Source: Myxococcota bacterium (lineage in GTDB: Bacteria > Myxococcota > Myxococcia > Myxococcales > Myxococcaceae). Taken from it: DNA of 64,000 bases. Numbering within the stretch: position 1 is the first letter of the stretch; every line of letters begins with the position of its first letter. A program made the translations under genes and the position numbers. Shown here one piece after another: positions 1-10,393 of this stretch. The stretch is taken from NCBI GenBank assembly GCA_049322255.1, contig JBMORE010000022.1:1-64000 (forward strand). Reading direction: 5' to 3'. The notes under the pieces were generated by a model. The model made no database searches, was not told where the DNA came from, and worked only from the letters and a program-made list of their open reading frames with translations.

Positions 1-41
1 TCCCATATCACTGCCCCTCGCCCGCAAAGGAGCCCGCCTTC

Positions 42-959
42 ATGAAGCGCTACCTAGGCATCATCGTCGCCATCGCCTTCGTCGTGGTCAGCGTGGTGTT
101 CGCCTACAACAAGTACAAGAACAAGTCAGTCGAGGCAGATCGCGAGGCAAACGCTTCCCGCATTCGCGTCGAGTACATGGAGCGCGTGGGGTGGATTCGT
201 GCCAACCCCGAGCCCAAGGCGTACCAGGACGAGGTGGGCACCTTCTTTCGCTGGTACTTCAACCAGGTGAACGATCACCTCAATCGCTACGCCGGCAACC
301 GCGACTTCGACGACTACTTGAAGGAGCTGGACAAACGCTCGGAGAAGGGCGGCAAAGAACAGCAGCTGGCGGACAAGAAGGCGTACTACGACTACGTACG
401 GAAAATTTTCGACCAAATGAAGGCGGGCAGCTACGCGCCGGTTTGGTCGGGCACCGACAAGGGCATGCGGCTCGACGTGCTCTCCACCGAGGCGGTGACG
501 GTGGCTGGGCAGCCTCAGGTTCGGTACCAGCTGGTGGTGTGGGGCGCGCAGCGCGAGATGCGTGAGGAGGGGAAGATCAAGAAGATGCACACCAGCGCAT
601 CCTTCAGCGCGCTGTGGAAGCTCTTCGACGAGAAGGGCAAGCTCGTCGGTGAGATGAACGCCCCCGGCGATCCCTCGATGAAGATCGACTTCCCCGAGCG
701 GTTCATCGCGCAGTTCCCTCCGCAGATGGTGATTGGCCACTATGACATCGACCTGCTCCCCGCCGAGGTGAAGGCGATGGAAATCACCTTCAACGTGAAT
801 TCCCGCTCGCAGTCCGGAGGCGACATTCTCGCCAGCTACACCTGGAAGCTCGACGCCCCCGCGGAATGGAAGCTTCGGCCCGGCGAGGAGTGGAAGGGTG
901 CCCAGGAATCGGTTCGACCGGAGGATGAGATCGACCCCAGCAAGCGGGCGATGAAGTAG
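42..959 (+). CDS. Hypothetical membrane-anchored protein
   Basis: 305-aa ORF, AAGGAG RBS upstream, N-terminal hydrophobic helix, strong GC3 bias; no family recognised. Confidence 0.8.
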   Translation: MKRYLGIIVAIAFVVVSVVFAYNKYKNKSVEADREANASRIRVEYMERVGWIRANPEPKAYQDEVGTFFRWYFNQVNDHLNRYAGNRDFDDYLKELDKRSEKGGKEQQLADKKAYYDYVRKIFDQMKAGSYAPVWSGTDKGMRLDVLSTEAVTVAGQPQVRYQLVVWGAQREMREEGKIKKMHTSASFSALWKLFDEKGKLVGEMNAPGDPSMKIDFPERFIAQFPPQMVIGHYDIDLLPAEVKAMEITFNVNSRSQSGGDILASYTWKLDAPAEWKLRPGEEWKGAQESVRPEDEIDPSKRAMK

Positions 960-981
960 CAGGGCAACTTGAAATTTTCTC

Positions 982-1013
982 GACGTATCGAACAGGTTGG
1001 GGTTGGATACGTC
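982..1013. promoter_or_regulatory. Imperfect inverted repeat (operator or terminator) upstream of the porin gene
   Basis: GACGTATCGAAC-N8-GTTGGATACGTC (11 of 12 bp paired), followed by TGGCTTTGTTT. Confidence 0.35.
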
Positions 1014-1037
1014 TGGCTTTGTTTCCGGAGGGGGAAC

Positions 1038-2225
1038 ATGAAAAATGCAATGTTGTTGGTGTTTTTGATGACTGGGCTTGCGTCGGCCCAGGAGACTCCG
1101 ACGACTTCCGCGCCGGCTGAAGCGAAGCCGGCGGAGTCGATGAAACCCGTCGAGGAACTTTCGCTCGACTACCTCTTGAACGTCGCCGTCGCGCAGGGAG
1201 AAGCGGGGTCGTTCGGGACGCGGCTCGAGAAGCTCGATACCAGCGTGTTCCTCCACGCGTACCTCACGCTCGACTACTACAACCAGAACTCGCAGCACTC
1301 CTTCGACGCCCACTATTTCAACGTCTTCGTGGGTGGAAACGTGGCCGACCGTCTCTTCCCCGAAGTACAGGTCGAGCTGGAGCACGGCAACGAGTTCGCC
1401 GTCCGCTTCGCGCAGCTCGACGTGAAGCTGCACGAAGCCTTCATCGTTCGCAGCGGGCTCTTTCTGGTTCCGTTCGGGCTCTACAACGAGTTCCTCTACC
1501 CCGAGTACCTCACCAAGCTTCCCCGGAGCCCGCTGGTGCTGTTTTACCGGGACATCATTCCTGTCGCCTGGAACGACACCGGCGTGCAGGTGCGCGGCAA
1601 GACCAACCTCTCGTCGGCCCTTGGCTTGAGCTACGCCGCTTACCTGGTCAACGGCCTGGAGCAGAAAGACGCGGCGCCCAAGGACGGTGTCATCGTGGAG
1701 GGTGGGGGCATTCGCGGCATGCGTGGAAACTTCCGCGACCTCAACAACGCCAACAAGGCTTTCGGCGGGCGCCTCAGCCTCGACTTGTGGGATGAGACGC
1801 TCCTCTTCGGCGTGTCCGGCTACAGGGGGATGTACACCGCCGAGGGAAGGCGCTTTCTCACGCTCCTTGGCTCGGAGGTGTTGTTCAAGAAGAACAAGTT
1901 CTACTTCCGGGTCGAAGGCGCGGTGGCGCTGCAAGACGTCAGCGACGCGGCGGAGCCCGACGGCCTCCGCCAGCTCACCAAGCAGGGCGTGTACGCGCTC
2001 GCCGCATACTCGGTGATTCCTCAAATCGAGCCTGCGGTGGCCTTCGACCGCATCGTCCTGGGGGGCAGGGTTTCGGACAACGTCAGTCGATTCACCCTGG
2101 GGGTGAACTACCGCCCCTTTGGCCAATCGAATTTCGTCACCCGCGCCTCCTACACCTTCAGCCGTCCCGATGGCTCTACGACGCGTGACGACATCTTCAT
2201 GATTCAAGCGTCTATGGGCATTTAG
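1038..2225 (+). CDS. Outer-membrane porin-like beta-barrel protein
   Basis: ATG at 1038 after GGAGGGGG; signal peptide MKNAMLLVFLMTGLASA; alternating beta-strand pattern; porin-like motifs EVQVELEHG, GLFLVPFGLYNE, DLNNANKAFGGR. Confidence 0.75.
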   Translation: MKNAMLLVFLMTGLASAQETPTTSAPAEAKPAESMKPVEELSLDYLLNVAVAQGEAGSFGTRLEKLDTSVFLHAYLTLDYYNQNSQHSFDAHYFNVFVGGNVADRLFPEVQVELEHGNEFAVRFAQLDVKLHEAFIVRSGLFLVPFGLYNEFLYPEYLTKLPRSPLVLFYRDIIPVAWNDTGVQVRGKTNLSSALGLSYAAYLVNGLEQKDAAPKDGVIVEGGGIRGMRGNFRDLNNANKAFGGRLSLDLWDETLLFGVSGYRGMYTAEGRRFLTLLGSEVLFKKNKFYFRVEGAVALQDVSDAAEPDGLRQLTKQGVYALAAYSVIPQIEPAVAFDRIVLGGRVSDNVSRFTLGVNYRPFGQSNFVTRASYTFSRPDGSTTRDDIFMIQASMGI

Positions 2226-2339
2226 CCGCCGTGCCGGCTATTGGGGCCCGGCTTGGACTTCAGCCTTTGAATTTCCTCCTTCCCCAGGCATCCTTGGGGG
2301 CAACGGTCCTTTTGGGTCCATCTGAGTGCGAGGCGAATC

Positions 2340-2918
2340 ATGAAGCGGGTGCTGCGCACCTTGTGTGCGATGTCGGTTGGAATGACTCTTCTGGGCGCTC
2401 CTTCGGGCGCGCGGGCGGAGTCTGCTGGTGCCGTGAGGGCGGCGTTGGTCTTGCGCATTTTGGCCTTTGACCGCAACCTGGCCGCTCGGACACAGCCCTC
2501 CGTTACCGTGGCGGTCATCTTCAAGGCGGGTGTCGCCGAGTCGGAAGCGGCCCAGAAAGAAATGGTCGCAGATCTGTCCATGCTGACGAAAAAGGTGACG
2601 GTCGCCGGCAAGCCAGTTCGGATTGTCAGCCTCCCCTACACCCAGGGCCAGCTCGATGCCGCTCTCGCCAAGGTAGATGCGTCGGCGATCTACGTCTGCC
2701 CGGGGCTGGAGGACGAGGTGGCGGCCATCTCCAAGACGACCCGTGGCCGTAGCACGCTGTCATTGACGTCGGTGGAGCAGGCAGTCAAGCAAGGCCTCGC
2801 CGTCGGGGTCGTTCGCCGCGACAACAAGTCCGGCATCCTCGTCAACCTCCCCGCGTCGCGCGCTGAGGGAGCAGATCTCGACTCGGGGTTGCTCCGAGTC
2901 GCCGAGGTTCTTCGCTGA
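2340..2918 (+). CDS. YfiR/HmsC (DUF4154)-like periplasmic protein
   Basis: Signal peptide; family-like segments [12 protein letters not shown] and [26 protein letters not shown]. Confidence 0.8.
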   Translation: MKRVLRTLCAMSVGMTLLGAPSGARAESAGAVRAALVLRILAFDRNLAARTQPSVTVAVIFKAGVAESEAAQKEMVADLSMLTKKVTVAGKPVRIVSLPYTQGQLDAALAKVDASAIYVCPGLEDEVAAISKTTRGRSTLSLTSVEQAVKQGLAVGVVRRDNKSGILVNLPASRAEGADLDSGLLRVAEVLR

Positions 2919-2940
2919 AATCCAAAAAGAGGCTCGACAC

Positions 2941-4479
2941 GTGAGCATATTCAATCGCGCGGACGACCAGTCTGGTGCATCCGTTCGCCTCCGTACCTTT
3001 TTGTTGGTAGCGGTTCCCCTGGTCCTCCCCATCATTTTCAACGTCTGGTACGTCCCGGGCGAGCATGGCGATGCGCTTACCGGCACGGTGAGGGAGAAGG
3101 CGAAGGTGCTCACGCGCCTGTACGCCGACAACGCCGCAGCCCCGATCAGCTTCGATGACAGCAAGGGGTTGGATCTGCTTCTCAAGACGGCGCAGGCTGA
3201 CTCCGACATCAAGTACATGGTCGTCACCTCCGCCGACGGGAAGGAGCTCGGCGTTTATGGCGACCGAAGCAAGGCAACCAAGCGGTGGAAGCCGAGCGAG
3301 CTGGAGGCCGACACGGTCCAGATTTGGGAGGCCGAGGGACAACAGCTGCTGCACGCCGCTTTCCCCGTGGTGCCCAGCAGAGAGCTCATCGGCGCCAAGG
3401 GAGAGCAGGAGCTCTTGGGGGTCGTCCAGGCTGGCTTCGACACTGCGCCGATGACCGAGCAGGCATCGAAGTTTCGTAACACCGCCATCGGCATCTTCGT
3501 CGTCGTTTTGCTGATTGCGGCCGCCATGGCTTTCCTCCTGGGGCGCAGCTTCGCCGAGCTGTTCGAGAGGCTGAGGCAGTCCATGCTCCAGACGGCATCG
3601 CGGGTGGACGACGTCGTCAACCAGCTCGCGGCGGTGACCGCTGAGCAGACCTCGGCGGCCTCTGAAGAGTCGGCCGCGCTCAACGAGTCGAGCGCGACCG
3701 CCAGCGACCTCGCCCACGCCGCGACGGCTGCGGCACAGCGGGCAGGTGGGCTCATCGAGGGAGGGTCTCGGGCCGAAAAGAGCGCGGCCGATGGGTTGAA
3801 GGCGGTGGACACCGCCATCGGGGCGCTGCGCAACGTTCGTGAGCAGATGAATACCTTGGGGTCCACGGTGGGGGCGCTCTCCGAGCGTGCCGCGGCCATC
3901 GGCGAAATTGCCAGCACCGTGGCGCTGCTTGCCGAACGTTCCAACCTCTTGGCGCTCAACGCCGCCATCGAAGCGGCCCGCGCGGGAACGCAGGGTCGCG
4001 GGTTTTCCGTCGTCGCTCAGGAGATGCGCAGCTTGGCCGACGGGTCCAACCGGTCGGCGGGTCAAGTGAAGGCGATCATCGGTGAGATTCAGGCTTCCAT
4101 CGCCCGGGCGGTGAACGACTCGCGGGAAGGCGAGCGACGCGTCGGGCACGCCGAACAACTCGCCGAGCAGGCAGGCGACAGCATCAAGCGGTTCGCGGAG
4201 GTGACGCGAGAGTTCGCCCTGGTCGGCAAGGAGATCGCCGCCTCCTCCAACCAGCAAAGCGTGGCCATCGAGCAGATGGTGGAGTCCATCTCCCATGCCG
4301 CGCAGGCAGGAAACAGCCAGCTCACCACCACCAAGCAGGTGGAAGAAACGTCACGCCAGCTCCGCGAGCTTTCCCGCGCGATGCTCAAGACGGTGATTGG
4401 GGAGCACACCGACAATCGCCTACAGGGCTCCGCGGGGTTGGGGGAGCGGCCGGTGCCCCCGGACGCCCGGCCCCGGTAG
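2941..4479 (+). CDS. Methyl-accepting chemotaxis protein with CHASE8-like periplasmic sensor (WspA-like position)
   Basis: Two TM helices; MCP tip [37 protein letters not shown]. Confidence 0.95.
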   Translation: MSIFNRADDQSGASVRLRTFLLVAVPLVLPIIFNVWYVPGEHGDALTGTVREKAKVLTRLYADNAAAPISFDDSKGLDLLLKTAQADSDIKYMVVTSADGKELGVYGDRSKATKRWKPSELEADTVQIWEAEGQQLLHAAFPVVPSRELIGAKGEQELLGVVQAGFDTAPMTEQASKFRNTAIGIFVVVLLIAAAMAFLLGRSFAELFERLRQSMLQTASRVDDVVNQLAAVTAEQTSAASEESAALNESSATASDLAHAATAAAQRAGGLIEGGSRAEKSAADGLKAVDTAIGALRNVREQMNTLGSTVGALSERAAAIGEIASTVALLAERSNLLALNAAIEAARAGTQGRGFSVVAQEMRSLADGSNRSAGQVKAIIGEIQASIARAVNDSREGERRVGHAEQLAEQAGDSIKRFAEVTREFALVGKEIAASSNQQSVAIEQMVESISHAAQAGNSQLTTTKQVEETSRQLRELSRAMLKTVIGEHTDNRLQGSAGLGERPVPPDARPR

Positions 4480-4513
4480 ACTCAAGACTCCGTCGATTCG
4501 CGCAGGAGTGGAG

Positions 4514-4987
4514 ATGGAGCCGTCGCAGGACCTGGTGGTGGTTCAAATCAGCGGCAAGGCGTTTGGGTTGGCGACCTCGGTGGTCAGCGAGGTGCTCCCC
4601 ATGGTCGAGCCGACGCCGATGCCCGGCTGGTCCGCGAACGCTCTGGGGTTCATCAACGTGCGTGGAGAAATCATTCCCTTGGTGGACATCGCCCCGGTCA
4701 TCGGTCTTCCGAGCTCGCCCGTCTCGCGAAGCCAGTTCATCGTTCTTCTTTCCGCCTTGCGCCGAAAGTGGGGGGTCATCGTCGACCAAGTGGAAGGGGT
4801 GCGGAACGCGCAGGTGCTTCAAAACAAGGGACTGGCACCTTTGGAAGTGGTCGACGCCTCGGACCTGTGCTTGGGGCTGGCCGTCGAGCCGACTGGCCCA
4901 GTGGTCGTGTTGGACCCGGAAGGGATCATTCGCCGCATCAAGCTACCTTGGGGTGAGGCGGAGTCGTCTCGGAGTGTGAGCGAGTGA
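4514..4987 (+). CDS. cheW: CheW-like adaptor
   Basis: VSEVLPMVEPTPMPG..LGFINVRGEIIPLVDI, GVIVDQVEGV; start moved to ATG after AGGAG. Confidence 0.9.
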   Translation: MEPSQDLVVVQISGKAFGLATSVVSEVLPMVEPTPMPGWSANALGFINVRGEIIPLVDIAPVIGLPSSPVSRSQFIVLLSALRRKWGVIVDQVEGVRNAQVLQNKGLAPLEVVDASDLCLGLAVEPTGPVVVLDPEGIIRRIKLPWGEAESSRSVSE

Positions 4988-6369
4988 ACCGAGTCGAGCC
5001 CAGTGTGAATCGGATCAACTCCGAGAGCGTGCTGGACCTTTTGGTTCGCATGGTTGAACGTCGGTTCGGGCTTCGCGTTCAGGACAGCCTGAAGGGGGCG
5101 ATCGCGAGCGCTGCGCAGCGGCTGGTGATCGAGGGCACGGTCCAAAATCTCTCTGAGGTGCTTCACCGCTTGGTGACCGGCCCGGCAGAAGATGTCGCCG
5201 TGGTGGAGCTCAAGCAGGCGGTCACCATCAGCGAAACCTACTTCTTCCGCACCCCGGAGCAGCTGGCGTCTCTTCGCAGTCAAGTCGAGCAGCTCATCGT
5301 CCTTCCCAAACGCTCGCGCGGCACCAAGTACCTGCGCGCCTGGTCTGCCGGATGTGCCACCGGGGAGGAGGCCTACACGCTGGCGGTCATTCTCCGCGAG
5401 CTCGCTCCCGACTTCTCCGTGCAGGTCATCGGCTCAGACATGAACGCCGGTTCGCTTCGCGTGGCCAAGGCTGGTGTCTACTACCAGCGCTCCCTGCGCG
5501 GGCTGAACCCCGAGCAGCAAAGTTGGCTTCGACGGCATGGAGAGGGTTGGGAAGTCGTTCCGGCGATTCGCCAACTCGTCACTTTCGTCGAGCACAACCT
5601 CATCACCGACCCGGCTCCGTCGCCGGAAAGAGGGCTGCTCTCCTTCGATGTGGTGTTTTGCCGCAACGTTCTCATCTACATCGACGAGTCGAAGATACCG
5701 AATCTGATGAAGCGGTTGACGGCGACGGCTGCTCCGGTCAGCGTCTTGGGCCTGTCGCCGGCGGAATACATGGCTGCTCCCTACGCCGTCGGGTTCTCCA
5801 GCGTCGCGCATGGTCTCTTCGTTCGACGTGGGCCCCCGGCTCAGGCTGCTCCCTTGGCACCCGTGGCGCCGGCGCCTCTCCCTGCCACCCTTCTGGAGCC
5901 TCGCCGCCCGTCGGCTTTCGACGCGCCACGCCCGCAGGCGCAGCCCACACCTTCGGCGTCTGCGAGCCCGGAGCAAATGCTCCAGCGGGCCCGTGAGGCG
6001 GCCGATCGAGGAAACCTCGTCGAGGCCAGAGAGCTCGCCGAGATGGTGTTGGCGCACCAGGCAGACCGCGCGTACGCGTGGTACTTGCTGGCGTTGGTTC
6101 ACTCAGCGTCGGGACAGCTCGCCCAGGCCATCGATGCGTTCACCCGGGCCCTGTTCCTCGATCGTGACATGGTGGGTGCGGAACTGGGCCTAGCGCAAGT
6201 GCTTGCCCGCGAGCGTGGTCCTCGGCATGCGCGCAAACACTTCGAGCGCGCGTTGCGGTTGCTTTCCGAGCGGCCTTCGGAGGCGACGGTCGAGGAGCTG
6301 GGTGTGACGGTGGCGACGGCCAAAGCCGTGGCGGCGGGGGCGCTGGAAGACGAGGGGGTAGGCCGGTGA
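4984..6369 (+). CDS. cheR: CheR methyltransferase with C-terminal TPR (WspC-like)
   Basis: [26 protein letters not shown]; Pro/Ala linker followed by TPR-like helices. Confidence 0.93.
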   Translation: MNRVEPSVNRINSESVLDLLVRMVERRFGLRVQDSLKGAIASAAQRLVIEGTVQNLSEVLHRLVTGPAEDVAVVELKQAVTISETYFFRTPEQLASLRSQVEQLIVLPKRSRGTKYLRAWSAGCATGEEAYTLAVILRELAPDFSVQVIGSDMNAGSLRVAKAGVYYQRSLRGLNPEQQSWLRRHGEGWEVVPAIRQLVTFVEHNLITDPAPSPERGLLSFDVVFCRNVLIYIDESKIPNLMKRLTATAAPVSVLGLSPAEYMAAPYAVGFSSVAHGLFVRRGPPAQAAPLAPVAPAPLPATLLEPRRPSAFDAPRPQAQPTPSASASPEQMLQRAREAADRGNLVEARELAEMVLAHQADRAYAWYLLALVHSASGQLAQAIDAFTRALFLDRDMVGAELGLAQVLARERGPRHARKHFERALRLLSERPSEATVEELGVTVATAKAVAAGALEDEGVGR

Positions 6370-6905
6370 CCCAGCCTCATGGCCCCGATCGCTTTTTGGG
6401 CTTGCCGGCCGAGGAGCGCGAGGTCTTGCGCGCGCGGGCCAAGGAGGTGGCGCGCACCCCCGAGGCGGTTTCTGACGGGGAGCTCTTGAGCGTCCTCGAG
6501 CTGCACAGCCGTGGCCAGACCCTCGCGCTGCCGCTGTCTTTCGTCGAGGGCGTCACCGAGTTGGTGTCCCTGGCCGCCGTGCCCCGCGCTCCGCCGCTGG
6601 TGAGAGGGCTGGTGGCCTTTCGCGGAGAGGTGTTGATTGGGCTGGAGCTGTCTGCCCTGATTGGCGGAATCGATGCGGGCTTCGCCGACCTCAGGAAGGT
6701 GATTGCAGTGGCGGCGGGGGCAACGAAGATCGGCATCTTGGCGGAGAAAGTAATCTCCGTGCGACAGGTGGCGGCTGCCGGCTTCAAGCCCGACCCGGTC
6801 AGCACCCTTCCCTTCGTGGTGGGGACGGACGAGAACCTCCTCTCGCTGTTGGATCCGGCAGAGCTCGTCGGTTACGTGGTTCGCTCTCTAGCGGGAGAAG
6901 CTTAG
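6366..6905 (+). CDS. cheW: CheW-like adaptor (WspD-like position)
   Basis: VPRAPPLVRGLVAFRGEVL; N-terminal LRARAKEVAR. Confidence 0.85.
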   Translation: MTQPHGPDRFLGLPAEEREVLRARAKEVARTPEAVSDGELLSVLELHSRGQTLALPLSFVEGVTELVSLAAVPRAPPLVRGLVAFRGEVLIGLELSALIGGIDAGFADLRKVIAVAAGATKIGILAEKVISVRQVAAAGFKPDPVSTLPFVVGTDENLLSLLDPAELVGYVVRSLAGEA

Positions 6906-9389
6906 GTGAGCGACAACGAGCTGTTGGCGGTGTTCGTCCAAGAGGCCACCGAGGTGCTCGCGTTGCTCGGGCGCCGTCTCATCGAGCTGGAGACGAGCCC
7001 GCAAGAGGGAAATCAAGCAGAACGGGTCCGAGAGATATTTCGCCTGGCGCACACGCTCAAAGGCTCTGCCGCCACCGTGGGTCGCAGCGACTTTGCCGAG
7101 CTGGTGCACCACCTCGAATCTTGCCTCGACGCCGTACGCAAAGGAGCCCTTCGCCCCGACAAGCGGCTCATCGACGCGTCCTTGAACGCGGTCGATTTCC
7201 TCCAGGGTGGGCTCCAACGGCAACTGACCAAGGAGGAGATCGCCAAGGCCGCCGCACCGTTGGAAGCGGTGAGACAGCCCGACCGGCCGGCATCGCCGGC
7301 GCGAAAGCGCAAGGCGGAGCCCAAAGTCACCAAGGGCCTCGTCGACCAGGCGCTGCAGTTGTTGGCAGCGGCCGGACGGGGTCAAGCACCCAACGCTACG
7401 GTCGAGCTCAAGGCGGCCCTGGAAAAGCTCGAACGCACGCAAGAGGCCAGCGCCTCGGCCCGCTTCACCAGGCTGCTACGCGAGGTGGCGCGCGCGCTGG
7501 CCCAACAAGGCGACGCGCTGGAGTCTGGCTTCGTCGCGCGGGCGCTGCAGACGGTGGACTACTTCCGGCTCGAGCTCGAAGGGGCCGGCTCTGACGAGGA
7601 AGCCGAAGCGCTGATTTCTCTTTTCGCCGCGCCGGCGCCTCGTTCGGAAAAGCTCAAAGAGCCGCCGCAGAGCTCGCCGGCCGCCGAGCCCTCCGGGTCG
7701 GCGCCTCCCACCGCGGAGACGTCGGTGCGCATTCCGGTGGCGCTGCTCGACGCGATGCTGTTTCGCCTCGACGAGCTGGTCGCGGCTCGGCTGCGGGTGG
7801 ACCACAACTGCCGCCAGGTCGAAGAGGCGCAGGCGGCGGTGGACTTCATCCTGGCCAAGGCGCGCGGGCTGGGAAACGAGTTGCCGGAGTGGCTCGAGGG
7901 GCTCAAGCGGAGGCTGGAGGTCGTTCGCGCGGGGATGGCGAACGAGGGTCACTCCCTCGGCATTCTCACCCAGGCCCTGCAGGACGATGTGAAGGAAGTG
8001 CGGATGGTGCCGGTGGGCCCGCACCTCGACCCCATGCGGCGAATGGTGCGCGACCTCGCCCACACCTTGGGAAAGGAGGCGTCGCTCGAGATCACCGGTG
8101 AGGAGGTACGAGTCGACAAGCGGCTGCTCGAGTTGATGAGAGACCCGCTGATGCACCTTCTGCGCAACGCAGTAGACCACGGGCTCGAGCCCCCCGAAGA
8201 GCGCCGCGACGCGGGAAAGCCGCCTCGGGGCCAAGTTCGCATCGCCGCCGAGGCGCGTGAGTCACAGGTGTGGATCGAGATTCGCGACGACGGGCGGGGC
8301 ATCGACCCCCAACAGGTGCGCTCGAGCGCGGTGAAAAAGGGCCTGGTAGACGCGGACCGCGCACGGCAGCTGACCGACAGGGAAGCGCTCAACCTCATCT
8401 TCCTTCCCGGGTTCAGCACCGCCGACCAGGTGTCTGAAACCTCGGGGAGGGGAGTGGGGTTGGACGTGGTGCGCGAGAACGTGGCGCGGCTGGGAGGGCG
8501 AATCGAGTTCTACAGCGAGCTGGGAAAGAGCACCCAGTTCATCGTTTGCTTGCCCCTGACGCTCGCTGCCTCCCGGGGCCTGCTCGTGGTCGCCGGCCGG
8601 CAGGCGTACTGTCTGCCTTTGACCGCGGTGGAAGAGGTGGTGGCGATAGAGCCGGGAGAGCTCGGCGTCGCCCAGGGGCACTTCGCCTTTCAGCGCCGTC
8701 GCCAGGCGATTCCCTTTCTTCCGCTTGCCGAGCTGCTCGCCGGCCAGCCGGCATCACGGCCGACGAGCCGGGTCTTCGCGGTTGTTCTCGCCCTCTCCGA
8801 TCGCCGGCTCGCGGTGGGAGTGGACGAGCTCATGGGTCAGGAAGAGGTGGTGGTCAAAGGGCTGGCCCCAGGCACTCCCCGCCTGCCGTTCGTCTCCGGG
8901 GCCACCGCGCTCGCCGACGGGAGGCTGGTGACGGTGCTCGAGCCCAGCGCTCTGGTGGCGACGGGGTCAAAAGTACACCAGGTGGCTTCTTCCGCCCGAA
9001 ACGAGGCGGTGACCGTGTTGGTCGCCGACGACGCTTTGACCTCGCGGACGATGGTGTCCTCCATCCTCGAGCGGGCCGGCTACCGGACGATTCTCGCTCC
9101 CGATGGTGAGGCCGCGTGGAGGCTCTTGGCCAAGGAAAAGGTCGATCTCGTGGTGAGCGACGTGGAGATGCCGGGGCTGGATGGGCTGGGCCTGACCCGG
9201 CGAATCCGCGCCAGCGCGAGCGGTTCGGACCTGCCCGTCATTCTCATCACCTCGCTCGACGGGCCGGAGGACCGCGCGCGGGGTGCAGCGGCAGGCGCCA
9301 ACGGCTACCTGGTGAAGAAAGATTTTCAGCCGGGCGCCTTGCTGGGAATGGTGCGTGACTTTCTCGGGTCGCAGGGAGGGCGAAAGTGA
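6906..9389 (+). CDS. cheA: Hybrid CheA kinase with C-terminal receiver (WspE-like)
   Basis: Hpt AHTLKGSA, HLLRNAVDHG, DDGRG, GFST..SGRGVGLDVV, CheW domain, receiver VSDVEMP. Confidence 0.96.
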   Translation: MSDNELLAVFVQEATEVLALLGRRLIELETSPQEGNQAERVREIFRLAHTLKGSAATVGRSDFAELVHHLESCLDAVRKGALRPDKRLIDASLNAVDFLQGGLQRQLTKEEIAKAAAPLEAVRQPDRPASPARKRKAEPKVTKGLVDQALQLLAAAGRGQAPNATVELKAALEKLERTQEASASARFTRLLREVARALAQQGDALESGFVARALQTVDYFRLELEGAGSDEEAEALISLFAAPAPRSEKLKEPPQSSPAAEPSGSAPPTAETSVRIPVALLDAMLFRLDELVAARLRVDHNCRQVEEAQAAVDFILAKARGLGNELPEWLEGLKRRLEVVRAGMANEGHSLGILTQALQDDVKEVRMVPVGPHLDPMRRMVRDLAHTLGKEASLEITGEEVRVDKRLLELMRDPLMHLLRNAVDHGLEPPEERRDAGKPPRGQVRIAAEARESQVWIEIRDDGRGIDPQQVRSSAVKKGLVDADRARQLTDREALNLIFLPGFSTADQVSETSGRGVGLDVVRENVARLGGRIEFYSELGKSTQFIVCLPLTLAASRGLLVVAGRQAYCLPLTAVEEVVAIEPGELGVAQGHFAFQRRRQAIPFLPLAELLAGQPASRPTSRVFAVVLALSDRRLAVGVDELMGQEEVVVKGLAPGTPRLPFVSGATALADGRLVTVLEPSALVATGSKVHQVASSARNEAVTVLVADDALTSRTMVSSILERAGYRTILAPDGEAAWRLLAKEKVDLVVSDVEMPGLDGLGLTRRIRASASGSDLPVILITSLDGPEDRARGAAAGANGYLVKKDFQPGALLGMVRDFLGSQGGRK

Positions 9390-10393
9390 TTCGCCTGCTC
9401 ATCGCCGAGGACAGCGCCACCGTGCGCAAGCACCTGACGTCTCTTTTTTCCAGGGAGCCGGACTTCGAGGTGGTGGGAACCGTCGGCTCGGCCGACGAGG
9501 TGGCCAGCGCGGTCGAACGGTATCAGCCTGACGCGCTGAGCCTGGATGTCTACATGCCCGGGAGGGCTGCGGTGGAGGTGGTGCGCGAGGTTCTCTCCAC
9601 GCGCCCGCTGCCCATCATCTTGGTCAGCGACGCGCCGCGCCATGACGCCGAGGTGTTCGAGGCGTTGTCAGCGGGGGCGCTCGATTTCGTCGGCAAGCCA
9701 TTGGCCTCCGACGACGAGGCTTGCCGAGAGCTCGTTCACCTGTTTCGGGCGCTCAGCCGGGTGAGGGTGCGGGTGCGTCGGCGCAAGGCAGCCCAGCCCG
9801 CGCCACCAAGGCCAAGCGAGATTCGGCTCGTGACGATCGTGTCCTCCACGGGAGGGCCGACCGCTTTGCGGGAGCTGCTTGCCAGCCTGGGGAGCGGCTT
9901 TTCGGTACCGGTGGTGGTGGCGCAGCATCTGGCCGTGGGCTTCGAAGAGGGTTTGGCGCGCTGGCTGGCGCAGGCCACCTCGCTGCGCATTCGGGTGGCC
10001 CAGAGCGGCGACTCGCTCGAGCCCGGAGAAGTGCTCTTGGGTCAGGCGGGCAACGACTTGGTCATCGAACCCACAGGCCGCGTGCGCATCGCGCGGCCGG
10101 AGGAGCGCGGCTACCACCCCTCGGGTGACGTGCTCTTCAGCTCCGCAGCGAGCGCCTACGGGAGTGGGGTGCTCGGAGCCGTCCTGAGCGGCATCGGCTC
10201 CGACGGCGCGAAAGGGGCGGCGAGCATCGCCGCGGCAGGAGGTATTTTGATGGCGCAGGACGACCAATCGAGCGCCGTTTACGGCATGCCGAAGGCGGTG
10301 GCGCATCTGGCCCTCTTCATCGGCTCCCCTGCGAAGATGGCGGCGTCCATCGTGGAAGCCGTCTCCAGCCGGGGTGCCCCGCGCGCCCGTTAG
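9386..10393 (+). CDS. cheB: CheB methylesterase with receiver
   Basis: Receiver (LDVYMP) plus SSTGGP, AQHL, GIGSDGA catalytic motifs. Confidence 0.93.
   Translation: MIRLLIAEDSATVRKHLTSLFSREPDFEVVGTVGSADEVASAVERYQPDALSLDVYMPGRAAVEVVREVLSTRPLPIILVSDAPRHDAEVFEALSAGALDFVGKPLASDDEACRELVHLFRALSRVRVRVRRRKAAQPAPPRPSEIRLVTIVSSTGGPTALRELLASLGSGFSVPVVVAQHLAVGFEEGLARWLAQATSLRIRVAQSGDSLEPGEVLLGQAGNDLVIEPTGRVRIARPEERGYHPSGDVLFSSAASAYGSGVLGAVLSGIGSDGAKGAASIAAAGGILMAQDDQSSAVYGMPKAVAHLALFIGSPAKMAASIVEAVSSRGAPRAR

Noticed and set aside
126..2207. Long antisense ORFs (693 aa here; similarly 2842-4296, 16254-17828, 37535-39502, 56605-58341)
   Set aside because: Shadow frames of real high-GC genes on the other strand; no recognisable motifs
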